A DNA stretch of 63,766 nt, counting the filler, from Lama guanicoe (lineage: Eukaryota), in NCBI GenBank assembly GCA_013239625.1. It is 76 parts of 75 records of this genome, joined end to end, with 100 filler letters (N's around TTAATTAATTAA, not from the genome) between each part and the next. Parts side by side here need not be neighbours in the genome. Positions count along the whole stretch, not along the records: positions 61,064 to 61,949 come from PNXV01011184.1; positions 62,050 to 62,520 come from MU054992.1; positions 62,621 to 63,116 come from PNXV01011187.1; positions 63,217 to 63,766 come from PNXV01011194.1; 72 more parts are not named here. One strand, 5' to 3'. The notes beneath the pieces are model-generated. The model was not told the origin of the DNA. It saw only the letters and a list, made by a program, of their open reading frames with translations, and made no database searches. Positions 60,964-63,766 of this stretch are shown here, in pieces (within the stretch, counting starts at the first letter, position 1; each line of letters starts with the position of its first letter). A program made the translations under genes and the position numbers.

Positions 60964-62697
60964 NNNNNNNNNNNNNNNNNNNNNNNNNNNNNNNNNNNNN
61001 NNNNNNNTTAATTAATTAANNNNNNNNNNNNNNNNNNNNNNNNNNNNNNNNNNNNNNNNNNNNGACGGATCGAGCCTCCTTCTATGATCCCCGTGCCGGT
61101 GCTCTTTCTACAGCAGAACATTTTACTCATTGCGTGAAGACAATCAGAAAGAAAGCTGATAGTGTTAAGATGACGCCCTTACCCCTAAGGTTTTAATTCA
61201 GTTCCGAGCTATGCTGCCTTTGATTTGGATTGGTCCTCTTTTTTCTTAAAAATCAAAACTAATGCCAAACTCTCCATTACAATTAAAACATCCAGGAAAG
61301 GCTGGCTTAGTCTCCTGTTGCCTATCATCTCTCCTTACCAGATCTTACCTGTGAATCGCTAAGCCAATTACTTTAATATTTATTGAGAGAATTTTTAAAT
61401 CTTTATTGTTCCATCAGTTCAATAGCACTTGATACATAATAAGCACATAAATAATCTAGACTGGATGAATGAAGCGTTGATAAATTAGCTTTCACAGTAT
61501 TGTGTAAATTTAAACTACAAGCAAAAAATGTGTGTGTTCTGTCTTTTCTACATTTGCATCAGAGTGGAGGGCTGCTGGGGAAAATGACCTAAAGCACTCT
61601 TTCTTTTCCTGGGCACCACACTCTATGAAATGTTCCTGTAAGTACTCTCCCTTTTAGCTCAGGAAATTCTCTCTGGTCTACTTACTCTCAACCATCTAGC
61701 CCTGATGCGATTTCCAGGGTTTCTGCTTCATCCTGATCCTGTGTTCTCCTTCTCCACCTGTCTCCTCACTATTGACAGCTAGTTGGATGGTTAAGTGTTG
61801 CTGTAGTTTCCACTGACAAGAGATGGAAATGGTTACCATGTTCTCTGGGTTTATACCACTATATCTTGATTGATCAACATTAGCATTTGTTTAGTTATTT
61901 GTTCTAAAAATGCTCCTCTTGTCCCTCCTTTTTCCTACCTACTTGTGATNNNNNNNNNNNNNNNNNNNNNNNNNNNNNNNNNNNNNNNNNNNNTTAATTA
62001 ATTAANNNNNNNNNNNNNNNNNNNNNNNNNNNNNNNNNNNNNNNNNNNNTCATTATGCATCAGAAACATAGGAATCAAGGCCTCAGAGCATTATATCCAC
62101 ATGTGATTTTGAATAAAACCAGTGCCACTCCACTTAGCATGAACGTGCTGAATTCAATCTTAAGTAGCTCAATGAGGTCAGACAGAGAACAAACAGAATG
62201 GGCCGAAAAATGCATCCTAAATGCTATTTTTAAAATAAACAGTTATAAAATATGCCGTAAAATAACCTGAATTAAAATACATCTATACACTGAACAATAT
62301 TTAACCCTAAAATGTATTTTAAATAATGCAGCAAAATCAAACATTGTAACGTAATTAGCATCTTTACACCCATATGCTTCTTATGGTTGGACAACGCGCA
62401 CCCTTCCGAGAAACTTAAATCTTACTGAACTTTCCCCTACATGTAGTGACGCCTACTTCATTAATATTCAGTTCTGACAAATTCAGGAAGCAAGCCACTG
62501 ACTCCTGGGGTTGTAACCCANNNNNNNNNNNNNNNNNNNNNNNNNNNNNNNNNNNNNNNNNNNNTTAATTAATTAANNNNNNNNNNNNNNNNNNNNNNNN
62601 NNNNNNNNNNNNNNNNNNNNACCCAAAAGACCGAGGACCATGATGGGTAGACGACAGCCCAGGTTTTTTTGCCACAGATTAGTGGTTCCACTCAGGA

Positions 62698-62907
62698 AGA
62701 CTGAGAAATAGGCTCAGAGTCTTAGCTAAGGACAAGCAAGTCGGGACTTCTAATATGACCTAATGCCATCGGTGGGGAGGGCAGTTCAGCACAAGAAGGG
62801 AGCGCCAGATGAGTTAGCATGGAATTTTCATCCTGGATCCAAACCGTGATGGATTTGGGTCCCAGAGGGTAAAAGCCCTGCTTCACTGGGACATGGACCG
62901 ACAACAA
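62698..62907 (+). repeat. Second copy of the unidentified segment at 29562-29775
   Basis: Reverse-complement match with several substitutions. Confidence 0.85.
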
Positions 62908-63766
62908 GCTGAGACAGGAAGTATGAGGCAGAGAAAACTTCCCCCAGGACACTCCCGAGTCTGGGTGCAAGGAAGGGTGATGGACAAGCGTGGTCCCAGT
63001 GCCACCTGCATCACAGGTCTCAAGTGGCTGTGGAGCTGCAAGCTCCTGGCCAAACCTCAGACCTGAGTGCAGCACTCTGGGCTGCAGCCTGGGGAACGGC
63101 TTCAGCAGCAGGCTGTNNNNNNNNNNNNNNNNNNNNNNNNNNNNNNNNNNNNNNNNNNNNTTAATTAATTAANNNNNNNNNNNNNNNNNNNNNNNNNNNN
63201 NNNNNNNNNNNNNNNNCTATTTTATAAGGGTCATTACTGAGGTCAGTTCCTAGGCAGCCACTCTATTTAATAATTTCAACTCCGAGCTGAAATACTGAGT
63301 CCAGATCTTCTGGTAAGTGCACCAGTATCTAGATACTCATTCAGTCCCATAACATGTGTGTTTTCCTTCATAATTTAAGACTCACAGAATCAATTCAATC
63401 AAATACCATGTTGTTGAATTCACCCTTTTGTTTATTTGATTTGGGCAGGTAGTTAATAAATATTAAAGAATAAAAAGGCATATATTCTCTTTCTGTTCTG
63501 ATCTCTTTCATTTCAAGGGCATGCTTGGATCTGTTTTTTATTTTCAGTCTGAATACAATGATGTGTTTTGTTGAGGAATACTGGCTGGCTTTCCTCTGCA
63601 AGATGACTTTCCGCAGGGGTTTTAAAGCTAGGAAGGAAGAGTCTCACTATTTATTCAGGACGAGAGGCAGCCCTTCATCTAACAACATAGTCTTACTTGC
63701 TGGTTTTGGAATTCAGATTAATCGCAGTCATCAGAAATTTTCTGATATTCCTGTTCTAATTCTAAG

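Overview
This window is not contiguous DNA. It is about 76 short (0.4-1.6 kb) unplaced scaffolds joined by an artificial 100-bp linker (N44-TTAATTAATTAA-N44, stops in all six frames), so adjacency between pieces means nothing. The content is mammalian and very probably camelid, because it carries tRNA-Ala-derived SINEs of the vic-1 type. Most of it is three satellite families: a GC-rich ~267-bp satellite, a ~247-249-bp satellite and an AT-rich 7-bp-periodic (AGAATAT)-based satellite. The rest is decayed L1, L2, MIR, MLT1, MER5 and LTR fragments plus anonymous sequence. The only clearly recognisable gene material is two splice-compatible DUX double-homeobox (DUXC-like) exons on separate scaffolds. 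One is an open exon for homeodomain-2 residues 1-46 with Gly instead of Arg at position 2 (56402-56556). The other is the next exon, starting IWFQNRRARHP, with an in-frame premature TAA (50384-50984). Also notable are strongly diverged relic versions of both long-monomer satellites, a probable 3-monomer higher-order repeat, and two unidentified multi-copy non-TE segments. I see no CRISPR array, prokaryotic system or intact novel gene cluster. Nearly all ORF-track entries are artefacts of repeats or N-gaps.
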